From the human T2T-CHM13v2.0 reference genome, Homo sapiens: 64,000 bases of DNA. The translations under genes and the position numbers were made by a program. How positions within the stretch are numbered: the stretch's first letter is position 1; the number at the start of each line of letters is the position of its first letter. The notes under the pieces were generated by a model. It did no database searches and was not told where the DNA came from. It saw only the letters and a program-made list of their open reading frames with translations. Of the stretch, positions 40,753 through 59,777 are shown one piece after another. The stretch lies in the NCBI RefSeq assembly GCF_009914755.1, contig NC_060934.1; one strand, written 5' to 3'.

Positions 40753-41310
40753 TAACAAAAAGCAGCCCAGAAAAGTATTTCTTTTCTCTTAGAAAGAGCA
40801 GCCTGAAAAATCGAGCTTCAGACATAGATAAGCAAGCTGGAAGCTTGCATGGGGGAATGCTGGCAGCTATGCCAAGAGAAAAATGCTACCTGGGGGCCAC
40901 GCATATTCAACATGGAGGCTCCATCCTCCCTTTTGTTACCATGTTTACCGGAACATAGAAATGGGCAACATGTCACAGCTCAGGCAGATAACCTGCCTGC
41001 ATAATAAGAGATTAAAATGGGGCTACCAGAGATTCACCTTCTATGCAAATGGCACACCTGGTCTAACCAGTTTTTCATGTCCTATTCCAATCAGACACTG
41101 CCTCCTCACCAGCTGAGGAGGTAAAATACCCTCTGTATTTTGCCATGGACAGGCAACCCATTTTTCCAGGACAACTCTTTGCAGCAGAGAGCTATTCTCT
41201 TTCTTTTGCCTTCCACTCTCAACCTCACTCTTTGAGTGTCTGCATCCTAGTTTTCCATGGCCATAAGATAAGGAACCATGAGTGTTACTCTAGATGAGGC
41301 TGTTTCATTG

Positions 41311-41328
41311 TGGGAGCTCATCCAGGAT
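41311..41328 (+). promoter_or_regulatory. tRNA-Pro primer binding site
   Basis: TGGGAGCTCATCCAGGAT versus canonical TGGGGGCTCGTCCGGGAT, 3 nt after the LTR. Confidence 0.85.
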
Positions 41329-42732
41329 CCAAGGTAGATTCATCAGAAGGGTAAGTATAGGAGTGGAACCCAAATCTCTACTTTTATTTTGAGGCCTTCT
41401 CTCCTCAATTTTAAATTGTAAAATCAAACTTAAAACTGGGTATCTGATGGCCAGTTAAAAGACTGGGTATCTGATTGCCAGTTAAGAGATGGTCATTTAT
41501 GCTCACCACCATTCTCAAGACGCAGGTGAGGTGACAGGCTTGCTGGGGAATGCTGAGCGAATCCCCCAGTGCCTTCAGGATTCTGGGAATGTTGGCTCTG
41601 TTTTAAACTGGTTGACTTTCACAAAGAGCCTAGCCGTCATGTGGGACTGGAAGAGATCCAGAGGCAGTTCCTGGCCAAGGCTACACCCCAGTGTTACCTG
41701 AAGGCTTCTGGACATACTCTTCCAGCCTCTTACTGCTCATTAGGCATCAGCAACACAATCTCCAAGTTCTGTCCATCAAATTTTTTTTCTTTCCTCTCCA
41801 TGACCACCATGTCTCCTGTTCCCCCTTTATATACAAAGCTGCAGGAATTTTTACAGTTAAAGGAAATAATCCTGTCAGTCAACATCAGCAAATGCCACAG
41901 TAAAACTGGGAATATAGCTTAAAGGATTGCCTTTTTTGTGATTTTTCTAGGAACAAGGGTTCTCCTCTCCCCCACCCAGTGAAGGTCTTTTTCTCTATCC
42001 TTTGTCTGGAAAGTACACAGTATTTCAAGACCTACAGTGCCACCTAGCAGAATAGGAATCCTCTCCAAGATGTACCTTGTCAGACCTTTGCTGGAACACT
42101 GTATTTTCCCAATCCTATTCCCCTTTTGCACCCCTCAACTATAAACCAAGCTTTATGCCCTATCCGTGAATGGGAAAACTCAACAACAAGGAGGAAAATG
42201 TCTCCCAAAACCAAATTTTGTGTCAGTAATTTCCATTCAGCAGAAAAACTGCCATTCGATCACTACATTTTTTAAGGCAGCTATTCTACCTCCTGTTAGA
42301 ATAATACTTAAATAGTAAGTGGATTTTATGTAGTAAGGATGTTAACCAGAACTACTGCCTAAGAATATACACTTTAATCTGGGGTATAATAACAGAATAT
42401 ACAGCGCAACCCCGTCCTTTTGCTCCATTAAGGGGCCTTGCCGACATACAACTGTTACATAGTCTGTCCTGAGAGCCATCTATTGGGAAGTCACACAGAT
42501 CACAGAAGTCTAGAAAGTCAAAGGGAAATCACCAGCAGAGGACTACAGTTGCATTGGTATGTATGACTAATCCCATTGCTTAGCTCCCCCGGATCCATGC
42601 CTGAGGGTGATGTCTGCATCCACCTTTAATGGATGCCGGGGCTTAGGGAACCAAGGAAGGAAACAGTTGAAAGGATACCCCAATTGTCACCTTCTTCACC
42701 CTGGGTCATTCCAAAAGAAAGGAAGGACACTA

Positions 42733-43031
42733 GGCTGGGTGCGGTGGCTCACACCTGTAATCCCAGCACTTTGGGAGGCCAAGGCAGGCGGATCATGAGG
42801 TCAGGAGATATAGACCATCCTGGCTAACACGGTGAAACCCTTTCTCTACTAAAGATACAAAACGTTAGCTGGGCGTGGTGGCAGGGTCCTGTAGTCCCAG
42901 CTACCTGGGAGGCTGAGGCAGGAGAATGGCATGAACCTTGGAGGCAGAGCTTGTAGTGAGTTGAGATGTGCCACTGCACTCCAGCCTGGGTGACAGAGTG
43001 AGACTCCGTCAGAAAAAAAAAAAAAAAAAAA
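42733..43031 (+). mobile_element. AluY in the proviral leader
   Basis: ACCATCCTGGCTAACACGG and GAGCTTG Y-type positions; TSD approximately AAGGAAGGA(C/G)ACTA. Confidence 0.85.
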
Positions 43032-43083
43032 GAAAGGAAGGAAGGAGACTAAAGGGATATTTTTTTCTCACTTCTCTTTTTAG

Positions 43084-45570
<2,487 letters not shown>

Positions 45571-46644
45571 CTTAGCATATAAACCCCTAGCTCACTTTCA
45601 ACAAGAATTAACATACCTTAGAGAAACCCACCTGCATAATAAAAGATTAGGGTGGGAGCTACCAAAGATTTGTGTCCTGTGCAAATGGCACACCTGGTCT
45701 AACCAGTTTTTTACACCCTATATAAGTCAGACACCACCCCCTCAGCATCTTATCTATAAAACCCCCTGCATTTCACCACAGACCACCAATGTCTCCAGAC
45801 TCCTGTCTGCAGCAGAGAGCTATTCTCTTTCTTTTGCCTATTAAACTTCTGCTCTCAACCTCACTTTTTGTGTGTCCATGTCCTTGTTTTCCATAGCTGT
45901 GAGACAATGAACCTTGAGTGTTAATCCTGACATGGAAGCTGTTTTATTATGAAAACATACTTCTGATTATGCAGTCTCCTGCTTAAATTTTTTAAATGGC
46001 TTTCCATTAGAATGAAATTTAAAAGTCCTTTATGCCCTGAAAGCCTACACCAGTTGACTCCTAGCTTCATCTGTGAGCATCTTATTTCTTTTCTTACTAT
46101 ACCATAATGACTGTGTCAGCTAGGGTTGATTGTTACATAAGCCACAGAAGGAAATTCTGTACAATTTAAGCAAAAAGGGGAATCTGTTACCGATTTATGC
46201 TTATTGCAGAGAATTAAGGGCAAAGCCTGTCTCATAATTCTGGAAGGACAGAAATAAGCTTGGTTTTAAGAGTTAGATGAACAAGAATTAACCAATAGGC
46301 TTTATTTTACTACCATTGGACTATCATAGGTCTGACCATTTTCTACTCATTTGAGTACATGTTTAAGGTTTAAACACCCAAGAGAAACTATTATTGTCTT
46401 GGCATGGGTCACATGTTCACCCATGGGCCAAGAGGGTATGAAATGTGGGAGGTACAATTCACTGATAGAAAAGATAATGCTATTTGGGAAAGAAATGAAA
46501 GGAATTCTGAGTAAGCAAAAACAACAGGAATTGTTTCTAAGGATTTCTTATTAGTTGATGTGTCCCTTTTGCAGAGATGCCTGCCCTAAACTGTTAATCT
46601 CAGTGGTTACCTTTTAAAATTCTGTCAAAGCACATTTTACTTTT

Positions 46645-47155
46645 TGTTGGGAACAGGCCCCCCAAAATCTGGCCATAAACGGGCCCCCAAACTGGCCATA
46701 AACAAAATCTCTGCAGCACTGTGACATGTTTATGATGGCCATGATGCCCACACTGGAAGGTTGTGGGTTTACCAGAATGAGGGCAAGGAATACCTGGCCC
46801 ACCCAGGGCGGAAAACCACTTTAAGGCATTCTTAAACTACAAACAATAGCATGAGCAATCTCTGCTTTAAGGACATGCTACTGCTGCAGATAGCTAGCCA
46901 AACCCATCCCTTTATTTTGGCCCATCCCTTTGTTTCCTATAAGGAATATTTTTAGTTAATCTATAATCTATAGAAACAATGCTTATCACTGGCTTGCTGT
47001 TAATAAATACATGGGTAAATCTCTGATTGAGGCTCTCAGCTCTGAAGGCTGTGAGACCCTTGATTTCCCACTCCACACCTCTATATTTATGTGCGTGTGT
47101 CTTTAATTCTTCTAGCGCCGCTGGGTTAGTCTCCCTGACCAAGCTGGTCTTGGCA
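46645..47155 (+). mobile_element. MER9 (HERV-K9/HML-3) solo LTR
   Basis: TGTTGGGAACAGGCCCCCCAAAATCTGGCCATAAAC..TCTTGGCA; 6-bp TSD ACTTTT. Confidence 0.9.
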
Positions 47156-50100
47156 ACTTTTCATGATAACATTAATATGTGTATGATTTTATAATCTCTA
47201 TTTCCTTCACTTTAAGTTTCATAAATGCAAGAATGACACCTATTTAGTTTTTTTTGTAGTATTATTGCATCTGTTATTTTATCTGGACATAAAAGGCACA
47301 TATGATTTATAGAATACTGTAAAATAAAGTAAATTTTGAAAAATTTCACTGATGCAGTCAATTAAATGACATTAAAATATTTAAAATAATTTTATAATGG
47401 AATAGAAAAATGTGCATGTTAAAAATAAAAAGAATTGAAAATTCTGTATTTGGTATACAGACAATTATATAGAAGAAAACAAAAGCACAAACTATGCAGT
47501 AAAAAGCTTGAAAAATACTTTATCAATTTTTCATTTATGAAGCTTAATTTTGATAGACATGTAATTCTTGGCTGGAATTTATATGGTTTCAGGCTAAAAG
47601 CAGGAGGACCCCAATCCCTCTGGTTTGTAAGGTTTTTGCTGAGAAGTCTGCTGTTAGTCTGACAGGTTTTTTAATAGGTTACCTGATACTCTGTCTCACA
47701 GCTCTTAAAATTCTCTCCTTCACATTGACTTTTTTCAGACAAGTGCTGAGGGAATTTGCCACTTCCAAACCAGCACTACAAGAAATGCTAAAGGGAGTTC
47801 TAAATTTTAAAACAAAAGCTTGCTATACACCAAAATAGAACCTCCTTAAAGCATAAAACTAACAGGGCCTTTAAAACAATAACACAATGAGAAAAACAAA
47901 GTGTCTAAGTAACAACTGAAAGAATTAATTGAACAGTATCTCACATCTTAACATTAACATTGAATGTAAATGGCCTAAATGCTCCAAGTAAAAAAATATA
48001 GAATGACAGAATGGATAAAAATCCACCAACCACATATCTGCTGTCTTCAAGAGAGTCACCTAACACATAAGGACTCATGAAACTTAAGGTAAAAAGGTGG
48101 AAAATGATATTCCACAAAAATGAAAACCAAAAGCAAGCAGGAGTAGCTATTCTTATATCAAACAAAACAAACCTTAAAGCTACAAAGCTTTGTTGCTTTA
48201 AGGTCTGTATCCTTTTCTATATTAAAAAAAGACAAAGAAGGATACTATATAATGATAAAAGGATTAATCCAACAGGAAGATCAGTATCCTTTTTTGTCTT
48301 TAAAAAAAACAAAGAAGAATACTGTATAATGATAAAAGGATTCATCCAACAAGAAGATATTACAATCCCAAATTTATAGGCATCTAACACTGGAGCTCCC
48401 AGATTTATAAAACAATTCTTACTACACCTAAGAACTGAGAAAAACAGCAACACAGTAATAATGGGGAACTTCAATACTTTACTGACAGCACTACACAAAT
48501 CATCAAGACATAAAGTAAAGAAGAAGCAATGAAGTTAAATTACACTCTAGAACAAATACACCTAACAGACATTCACAGAACATTCTTCCCCCAAACTGCA
48601 GAATATGCATTCTTCTCTTCAGCACATGGAAAATTCTTTAAGATATGCCATACAATAGGGCACAAAAAAAACAAGTGTCAATAAATTTAGGAAAATCAAA
48701 ATCATATCAAGAATTTTCTCAGCTCACAGTGAAATAAAACTGGAAATTAACTTCAAAAGGAACCCTCAAAACTATAAAAATAAATGGAAATTAAGCAATC
48801 TTCTCTTGATTAATGTTTGAGTTAAAAATTAAATCAAGATGGAAATTTAACAATTCTTTAAAATGAACAGTAATAGTGGCACAACTTATCCAAACATCTG
48901 GGATACAGCAAAAATGGTGCTAAGAGGAAAGTTTATAGCATTAAATGCCTACATCAAAAAGTCTGAAAGAGCACAAATAGACAACTAAGGTCACACTTCA
49001 AGAAACTAGAGAAACAGGAACAACTAAACCCAAACAAAGCAGAAAGCAAGAAATAACGAAGATCAGAGCAGAACTGAATGACATTGAAACAAAAAATAGA
49101 AAAGATAAACAAAAAGCTATTTTTTTGAAAAGATAAACAAAATTGATCTTAGTAAGATAAGTCAAGAAAAGAAAAGAGAAAATCTAAATAAGCTCAGTTA
49201 GAAATAAAACTGGACATATTACAACCAATACCACAAAAATTATAAAAAATTATTTAAGGCTACTGTGAACACCTTTACACATACAGACTAGGAAATCTAG
49301 AGAAAATTGATAGATCCTTCAAAATATACAACCGTCTTACATCAGTAAGAAATAGAAACCATGAACAGCCCAATAACAAGCAGCTAAATGGAATTGGTTA
49401 TAAAAAGAAAGTTGCCAACAACAAAAAAGGGCTAAAACCAGAAGGATTCACAGCTGAATTCAATTAGACATTCAAAGAAGAATTGGTACTATTTCTTCTA
49501 AAACTATTCCAAAAAATAGAGAAAGAGGAAATCTTCCCTAAACTATTCTATACAGCCATTATCATCCTAATAGCAAAACCAGCAAAGGCTACAACAAAAA
49601 CAGACATCTACAGACCAATGTCCCTGATGAACATAATTGCAAAAATTCTCAACAATATACAGCTAACTGAATTCAACAGCACATCAAAAAGATAAGACAT
49701 CATGACAACGTAGGTTTTATCCTAGGGATGCAGGGATGGTTTAACATATGCAAGTCAATAAATGTGATACGTCTTATGAACAGAATTTTTAAAAAAGTAT
49801 GATTATCTCAAAAATGCAGAAAAAGCATTTGATAAAATCGAGAATTATTTTATGATAAATTTCCTCAACAAAATAGGCATAGAAGGCACTTACCTCAAAC
49901 AAATAAAAGCCATTTATGACAAACCCACTGCCAACATCATACTAAATCAGATAATTTGAAAGCATTCCCCCTGAGAACTGAAACAAGACAAGGATGCCCA
50001 CTTTTATCACTTATATTCAGCATAGTAGTGGAAGTCCTGGCCAGAGCAACCAAACAAAAGAAATACATAAAGTGCATCCAGTCTTGAAAAGAGGAAGTCA

Positions 50101-50442
50101 AACTCTTTCTGTTCACTGGTGGTATGATTGCATACCTAAAAAACTCGAAAGGCTCATCTAAAAAGCTTCCAGATTTTACAAACAAATTTAGTAAAGTCTT
50201 AGGATACAAAATCAATGTACACAAATTAGTAGCACTACCATACACCAAAAACAACGAAGCTGAGAATCAAATTAAGAACTCAATCTGTTTTACAATAGCT
50301 GCAAAAATAAATAAATACTTAGAAATATATTTAACAAAAAAAAAAAAGTGAAAGAGCTCTACAAGGAAAAATTATAAAACACTGCTGAAAGAAATCATGG
50401 ATGACACAAACAAATGGAAACATATTTCATGCTCATAGATTG

Positions 50443-51064
50443 TGACCTGGTTAAGTTTGTGTCCTTACACTAACCTCATTTTTAATTATAATTCCCATAA
50501 TCCCCATTTGTCAAGAAAGAGACCAGATGGAGGTAATTGGATCATGGGGGTGATTTCTCCCATGCTGTTTTTGTAATAGTAAATTCTCATGAATCTGATG
50601 GTTTTATAAGAGTTTGATAGTTCCTCCTGTGTTCATTCTCCCTCCTGCTGCCAAGTGAAGAAGGTGTCTTGCTTGCTTCCCCTTTACCTTCCACCATAAT
50701 TGTAAGTTTCCTGAGTCCCCCCAAGCCCTGTGGAACTGTGAGTCAATTAAACCTCTTTCCATTATATTTTATTATATATATATATAATATATATATAATA
50801 GGTAATATATAATATATATTATATATATTTATAATACATAAATATTATATATATTTATATTATATATATTTATATAATATATATTATATAAATATATATT
50901 ATATATATAATATATATTTATATAATATATATTATATATATAATATATATTATATATATTTATATAATATATAACATGTTATATATTATATAAATATATA
51001 TATTTACACATATATTTCCAGTCTTGGGCACTTCTTTACAGCAGTATGAAAATACGCTAATACA
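50443..51064 (+). mobile_element. THE1 (THE1D-like) solo LTR inserted in L1 ORF2
   Basis: GGAGGTAATTGGATCATGGGG..GAACTGTGAGTCAATTAAACCTCTTT..CTAATACA; L1 resumes on both sides. Confidence 0.88.
50761..51014. repeat. Interrupted (TA)n AT-rich expansion inside the THE1 LTR
   Basis: About 250 bp, almost entirely A/T. Confidence 0.95.
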
Positions 51065-54000
51065 GATATAAAAAAAATTATTGTGAAAATGACCATACTG
51101 CTCAATCTATAGATTCAATGTAATTTTTATCAAAATACCATCATTATTCTTCACAGAACTGGAAAAAAAAACTTCTAAATTTCATTTGGAACCCATAAAG
51201 AGCCTTCAGAGCCAAAACCATACTAAGCAAAAACAACAAATCTGGAGTCATCACATTACCTGACTTCAAATTATAGTGCAAGGCTGTAGTTACCAAAGCA
51301 ACGTGGTACTGGTATAAAAATAGACATGCAGACCAACAGAGCAGAATAGACAACCCCTGAAATAAAGCCAAATACAGCCAACTGATCTTTGACAAAGCAT
51401 ACAAGAACATAAAAGGACACCCTCTTCATCAAATGGTGCTTGGATAACTGTCAATGAAACTAAATCTTCAGCTCTCACCTTATACAAAAATCAACTTCTG
51501 ATGGATCAAAGTCTGAAATCTGAGACCAGAAACCATATAAATTCTAGAAGATAACATCAGAAAACCTCTTCCAGGCATTGGCTTAGAAAAAGAATTTATG
51601 GCTTAGATCTCGTAAGCAAATAAAACAAAAATAAATCAATAAATGGGACCTAATCAAACTAAAAAGCTTACGCACAGCAAATAATAATAATGATAGCAGA
51701 GTAAACAGACAACCCACAGAGACAAAATATTTGCATGCAAACTATGCATATCAGAAAGGATTAATATCCAATAACTACAAGCAACTCAGGCAAATTGGCC
51801 AGAAAAAAAAAATAATCCCATCAAATGTATGCAAAGGACATGAATAGACAATTTTTTAAAGAAGTATACTAACTGCCAACAAACATGAAAAAATGCTGAA
51901 CATCACTAATTATCAGGGAAATGCAAATTAGACCCACAGTGAGATACCGCCTTACTCCTGCATGAATGGCTATAATTAAAAAGTAAAAAAAAAAAAAAAG
52001 ATATTGGCATGGATGTGATAAAAATGGAATACTTTTACACTGCTGGTGAGAATGTAAGTTAGTACAACCACGATGGAAAGCAGTATGTGTATTCCTTAAA
52101 GAACTAAAAGTAGAACTACCATTCAATTTAGCAATCTTGCCTCTGGGTATCTACCACCCCACCCCCACAAAAAATAAGTCATTATATGGAAAAGGCATAT
52201 GAACATGTATGTTTATAGCAGCACAATTAACTATTACAAAGGTATAGAATTAACCTAAGTGCCCATCATCCAAGGAACGGATGAAGAAAATGTGATATAT
52301 ATGCACCATGAAATACGACTCCCCCATAAAAAAGGAGCAAAATAATGTCCTTTGCAGCAACTTAAATGGAGTTAGAGGAAATTATTCTAAGTTAAGAAAC
52401 TCAGGAATTAAAAAAAAATTGTGTATTTTCACTTATAAGGGGAAGCTAAGCTATGAGAATACAAATGCATAAAAATAACATAAGGGACTTATATTATCCT
52501 AGTATCTAGAATCTACAAGGAACTCAAATCAGCAAGAAAAAGTGAATAATTCTGTGAGAAAGTATGCAAAGTTCATGAATAGACAATTATCAAAAGAAGA
52601 TACACAGTCAAAAACATATGAAAAATGCTAAACATCACTAATTTTAACTCAAGAGTGAAGGTTGGTGGGGGTGATAAAAAACATATTGGGTACAGTGTAT
52701 ACTGCTCAGATGTGGGTGCACAAAAATCTAATAAATCACCGCTAAAAAACTTATCCGTGGACCAAAAACCACCTGTACCTCAAAAATCATTGAAATAAAA
52801 ATAAAAATATTTAAATAAATAAATATAAAAGGAATGAAAATATACCAATATATCAACAATATTTATGGATGATTTTCCATGTATTTCAAATGTTTAATAA
52901 TGAGTATTTGTTATTTTATAGATCATATCCAAAGAAACAATACATAATGAGTAAAAATTTTCATCTTCATGTGGATATAGAGTTACATAAAAAATAGTTA
53001 ATGCTAGCCAAAGGAGATTTAGAAACACCTGTATTCTATTGAGATGACTGAGTCTCAAGAAACTTGTTTTATTTTGCTCTTTCTTAGTAATGATTGCATT
53101 CATCATATGGAAATGTATTCCATGGCCTAGAAAGAAAAAGCGAATGACAAAGAAGGTTGGAATCTTGTGTTTATTCACTAGTTGCCACAGGGAATGGGGC
53201 ATTAAAACAAATTAACAATATGAAAATGTTTGCTATGGGATATTTTAGTCTATTTATTTTAAAGTTGCTTAGATTTAAACTTTGTATTTTTTGTTTTTCT
53301 TTTACTGACACATAATGTTTTACATAAGTATGGGATACATGTGAGTTTTTGTTGCATGCATAGAATGTGTAATGATCAAGTCAAGGTATATAGGATATCA
53401 TTTTGAATATAAATCATTTCTATGTGATGAGAACATTTCAATACCTCTCTTTTAGCTGCTTTGTAATATAAAATATATTGTTAACACAAGTCACACTAGC
53501 CTTCCACTGGACATTAAAACTTACTTTTTCTATGTGTGTGTTTTTCCCATTTGCCAGCCTCTCTTTATTTTCCTCTCCCACCCTTCCACACTTCCAAGCC
53601 TCTGGTATCTATCAGTCTATTGCCTATTTCCGTGAGATCAAGTTTTTAGCTCTCATGTATGAGTTGAGGACATGTGGTATTTGAATTCCTGTGCCTGGCT
53701 TATTTCACTCAATGTAGTCACCTCCAGTTGCAAATGACTTAATTTTATTCTTTGTTATAGCTGAATAGTATTCCATTGTGTGTGTGAGTGTGTACTACAT
53801 TTTCTGTATCCATTGGCTCATTGAAGAAACACTGGTTGATTTTGTGTCTTTGCTATTGTGAATAATGCTGTGATACACATGTGAGTGTGTTATCCTTTTG
53901 ATATACTGATTTAATTTCCTTTGAGTAAATACCCAATAGTGGGGTCCTGAATCATCTGGAAGTTCTATTTTTACTTTTTGGAGAAATATCTATACTGTTT

Positions 54001-54100
54001 TCTATACTGGTTGTACTAATTTACATTCCCACCAACAGCATATAAACATTAATTTTTATCACATTCTTAACTGTGTCTATTATTTTTTGTCTTTTTTAAA

Positions 54101-54566
54101 AATTATTATTATACTTTAAGTTTTAGGGTACATGTGCACAATGTGCAGGTTAGTTACATATGTATACATGTGCCATGCTGGTGCACTGCACCCACTAACT
54201 CGTCATCTAGCATTAGGTATATCTCCCAGTGCTATCCCTCCCCACTCCCCCCACCCCACAACAGTCCCCAGAGTGTGATGTTCCCCTTCCTGGGTCCATG
54301 TGTTCTCATTGTTCAATTCCCACCTATGAGTGAGAATATGCAGTGTTTGGTTTTTTTGTTCTTGCGATAGTTTACTGAGAATGATGATTTCCAATTTCAT
54401 CCATGTCCCTACAAAGGACATGAACTCATCATTTTTTATGACTGCATAGTATTCCATGGTGTATATGTGCCACATTTTCTTAATCCAGTCTATCATTGTT
54501 GGACATTTGGGTTGGTTCCAAGTCTTTGCTATTGTGAATAATGCCGCAATAAACATACGTGTGCAT
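54101..54566 (-). mobile_element. Young 5'-truncated L1 (L1PA2-like)
   Basis: ATTATACTTTAAGTTTTAGGGTACATGTGCACAATGTGCAGG..CTAACTCGTCATCTAGC; ORF2 C-terminus CTRMFIAALFTIAKTWNQPKCP. Confidence 0.88.
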
Positions 54567-55535
54567 ATCATAGCCATTCTAACTGAGGTAAAATGATGCC
54601 TCATTGTGCTTTTGATTTGCATTTCCCAGAGGATGTTAAGCATTTTTTCATGGACCTGTTTTTCATTACTGTGTCATCATTTGAGAAATATCCATGCATG
54701 TCCTTTGACCACTTTTTAATGAGTTTTTTTTATTCTTGACTTGCTTGAGTTTCTTATATATTCTAAATATTTGTTGTCAGCTGAGTACTTTTCAATATAT
54801 TCTATGCAACAGTTTGTCTCTTCGGCATTTTGATTATTTCTTTTGCTGTGCAGAAGCTTTTTCATTTATTATAGTTTCATTTTGTCTTTGTGTTTAGTTG
54901 GCTCTGTTTTTGAGGTCTTAACCAAAAAATATTTGCCTAGACCAATGTTCTGATTTTTTAAATGTTTTCTTCTTGTAGTTTTATAATTTTAGATCTTATG
55001 TTTAAGTCATTAATCCATCTTGGGTTGGCTTTTGTGTATGGTAAGAGATATAGTTTCAGTCTTTTGCATATGGATATTCAATTTTCCCAGCACCATTTAC
55101 TGAAGAGGGTATTCTTTTCCCAGTGTACATTCTAGCTGCCTTTGTTGAAAATCAATAGGCTATACAAACATAAGTGTATTGCTGGGTTCTCTGTTTTGTT
55201 CCATTGGTTTTGCTCAGGATTAATTTGGCTATTGTAGTTCTTTTTAGGTTTCATACAAATGATAGATTTCTGTTTTTTTATTTCTATAAAAGTGGTGTTA
55301 TTTTGATAGCAATTGCATTGACTCTAGATTTCTTTGGACAATGTAGTCATTTTAATGATAATAATTCTATCCATGAGCATGAGATTTCTTTAAATTTGTT
55401 TGTGTCCTCTTCAATTTCTTTCATCAGTGTTCTGTAGTTATCTTTGTAAACATTTTTCATGTCTTGGTTAAATTTACTCCTGGGTAATCTATATAGCTAT
55501 TGTAAACAGGATTGCCTTCTTGCTTCATTTTTTGA

Positions 55536-55967
<432 letters not shown>

Positions 55968-57271
55968 TGAGTTCTTACAGTCTTTTGTTGGAGTCTTTTT
56001 TAGGTCTTTCTATATACAAAATTATGTCATCTGCAAAGTGGACAATTTGACTTCTTTTTGCAAGTCAATTTGGATGTTTCTTATTTTTTTCTCTTCCCAG
56101 ATTACTGATTAGGACTTTCATGTTCAATAAGATTTGTGAAAGTGAACATTCTTTTTTTGTTCTGTGTCTTAGAGAAAAAGCTTTCAGCTTTTGTCTGTTC
56201 AGTATATTGTTAGCTTTGGGTTTGTCACATATGACCTTTATAATTTTGCAGAATGATCTTTCTATGTCTAGTTTGTTGAGAGTTTTTAATATGAACAGAT
56301 GTTAAATTTTATCAATTACTTTTTCTACATCTATTAACCTAGTTATATGGGTTTTGTTCTTCATTCTACTGAGGCAATGTATTCAGTGTATTGATATGTG
56401 TATGTGACCATCCTTGCATTTCGGTATAAATTTCACTTGATCATGGTGCATTACCTTTTGATGTGCTGTTGCATTTGGTTTGCTAGTATTTTATTAAAGA
56501 TCATTGCATCTACGTTTTCTTACAGATATTGGCCTGTAGTTTTGTGTTGTTGGTGGCAGATCCTTGTCTGGTTTGGTATTGTGGCCTCACAAAATAAGTT
56601 TGGAAGCATTCCTTTCTCTTATGTGTTTTTGAAATAGTTTGAGGAGGATTGATGTTCATTCTTTTTTAATACATTTGGAAGAATTCAGCAGTTAATCGAC
56701 CTGATCATGTCTCTTTTTTTTGTTGGGAGACATTTTATTACTGACTCAATTTCATTATTCATTCATCAGTTCAGTTTTTCTACTTCTGATTCAATTGGAT
56801 AGGTTGTGTGTTTATAGAAATTCAATCATTTCCTCTATATTTTCCTGTTTGTTAGCATTTATAATATTCTCTGATTATCTTTGATATTTCTGTGATATCA
56901 ATTGTAGTGTCTGTTCTTTTATTTTGCTGATTTGTTTCTTATCTCTTTTCTTGGTTAGTCAAGCTAGCAGTTTATCAATATTGGTTATATTTTTGAATAA
57001 CATACTTATCACTTCATTGACCTTTGCATTTCTTTCCTTAGTCTATCTTTAGTTTTTCTCCAATCTTTATTATTTCTTTCATCCTGCAAATTTTGGGTTT
57101 GCTGTGTTCTTGCTTTTTCACTTCCTTGAGGTGCATTGTTAGATTGTTTATAAGAAATCTTTCTGCTTTCTGGTGTAGATGTTTATTGCTATAGCCTACC
57201 TGTTCTTAATGCTTTTGCTGTATAGTATAGATTTTGACATGTCGTGTTTTCATTTTTATTTCTTTCGATAG

Positions 57272-59777
<2,506 letters not shown>

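Larger units (their letters stand above)
47510..52830 (+). mobile_element. L1PB-type LINE-1 with 5' inversion (47510-47730 inverted), degenerate ORF2, 3' UTR and A-rich tail
   Basis: ORF2-like peptides ([27 protein letters not shown]); 3' end AAACCACCTGTACC..TGAAATAAAA. Confidence 0.9.
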
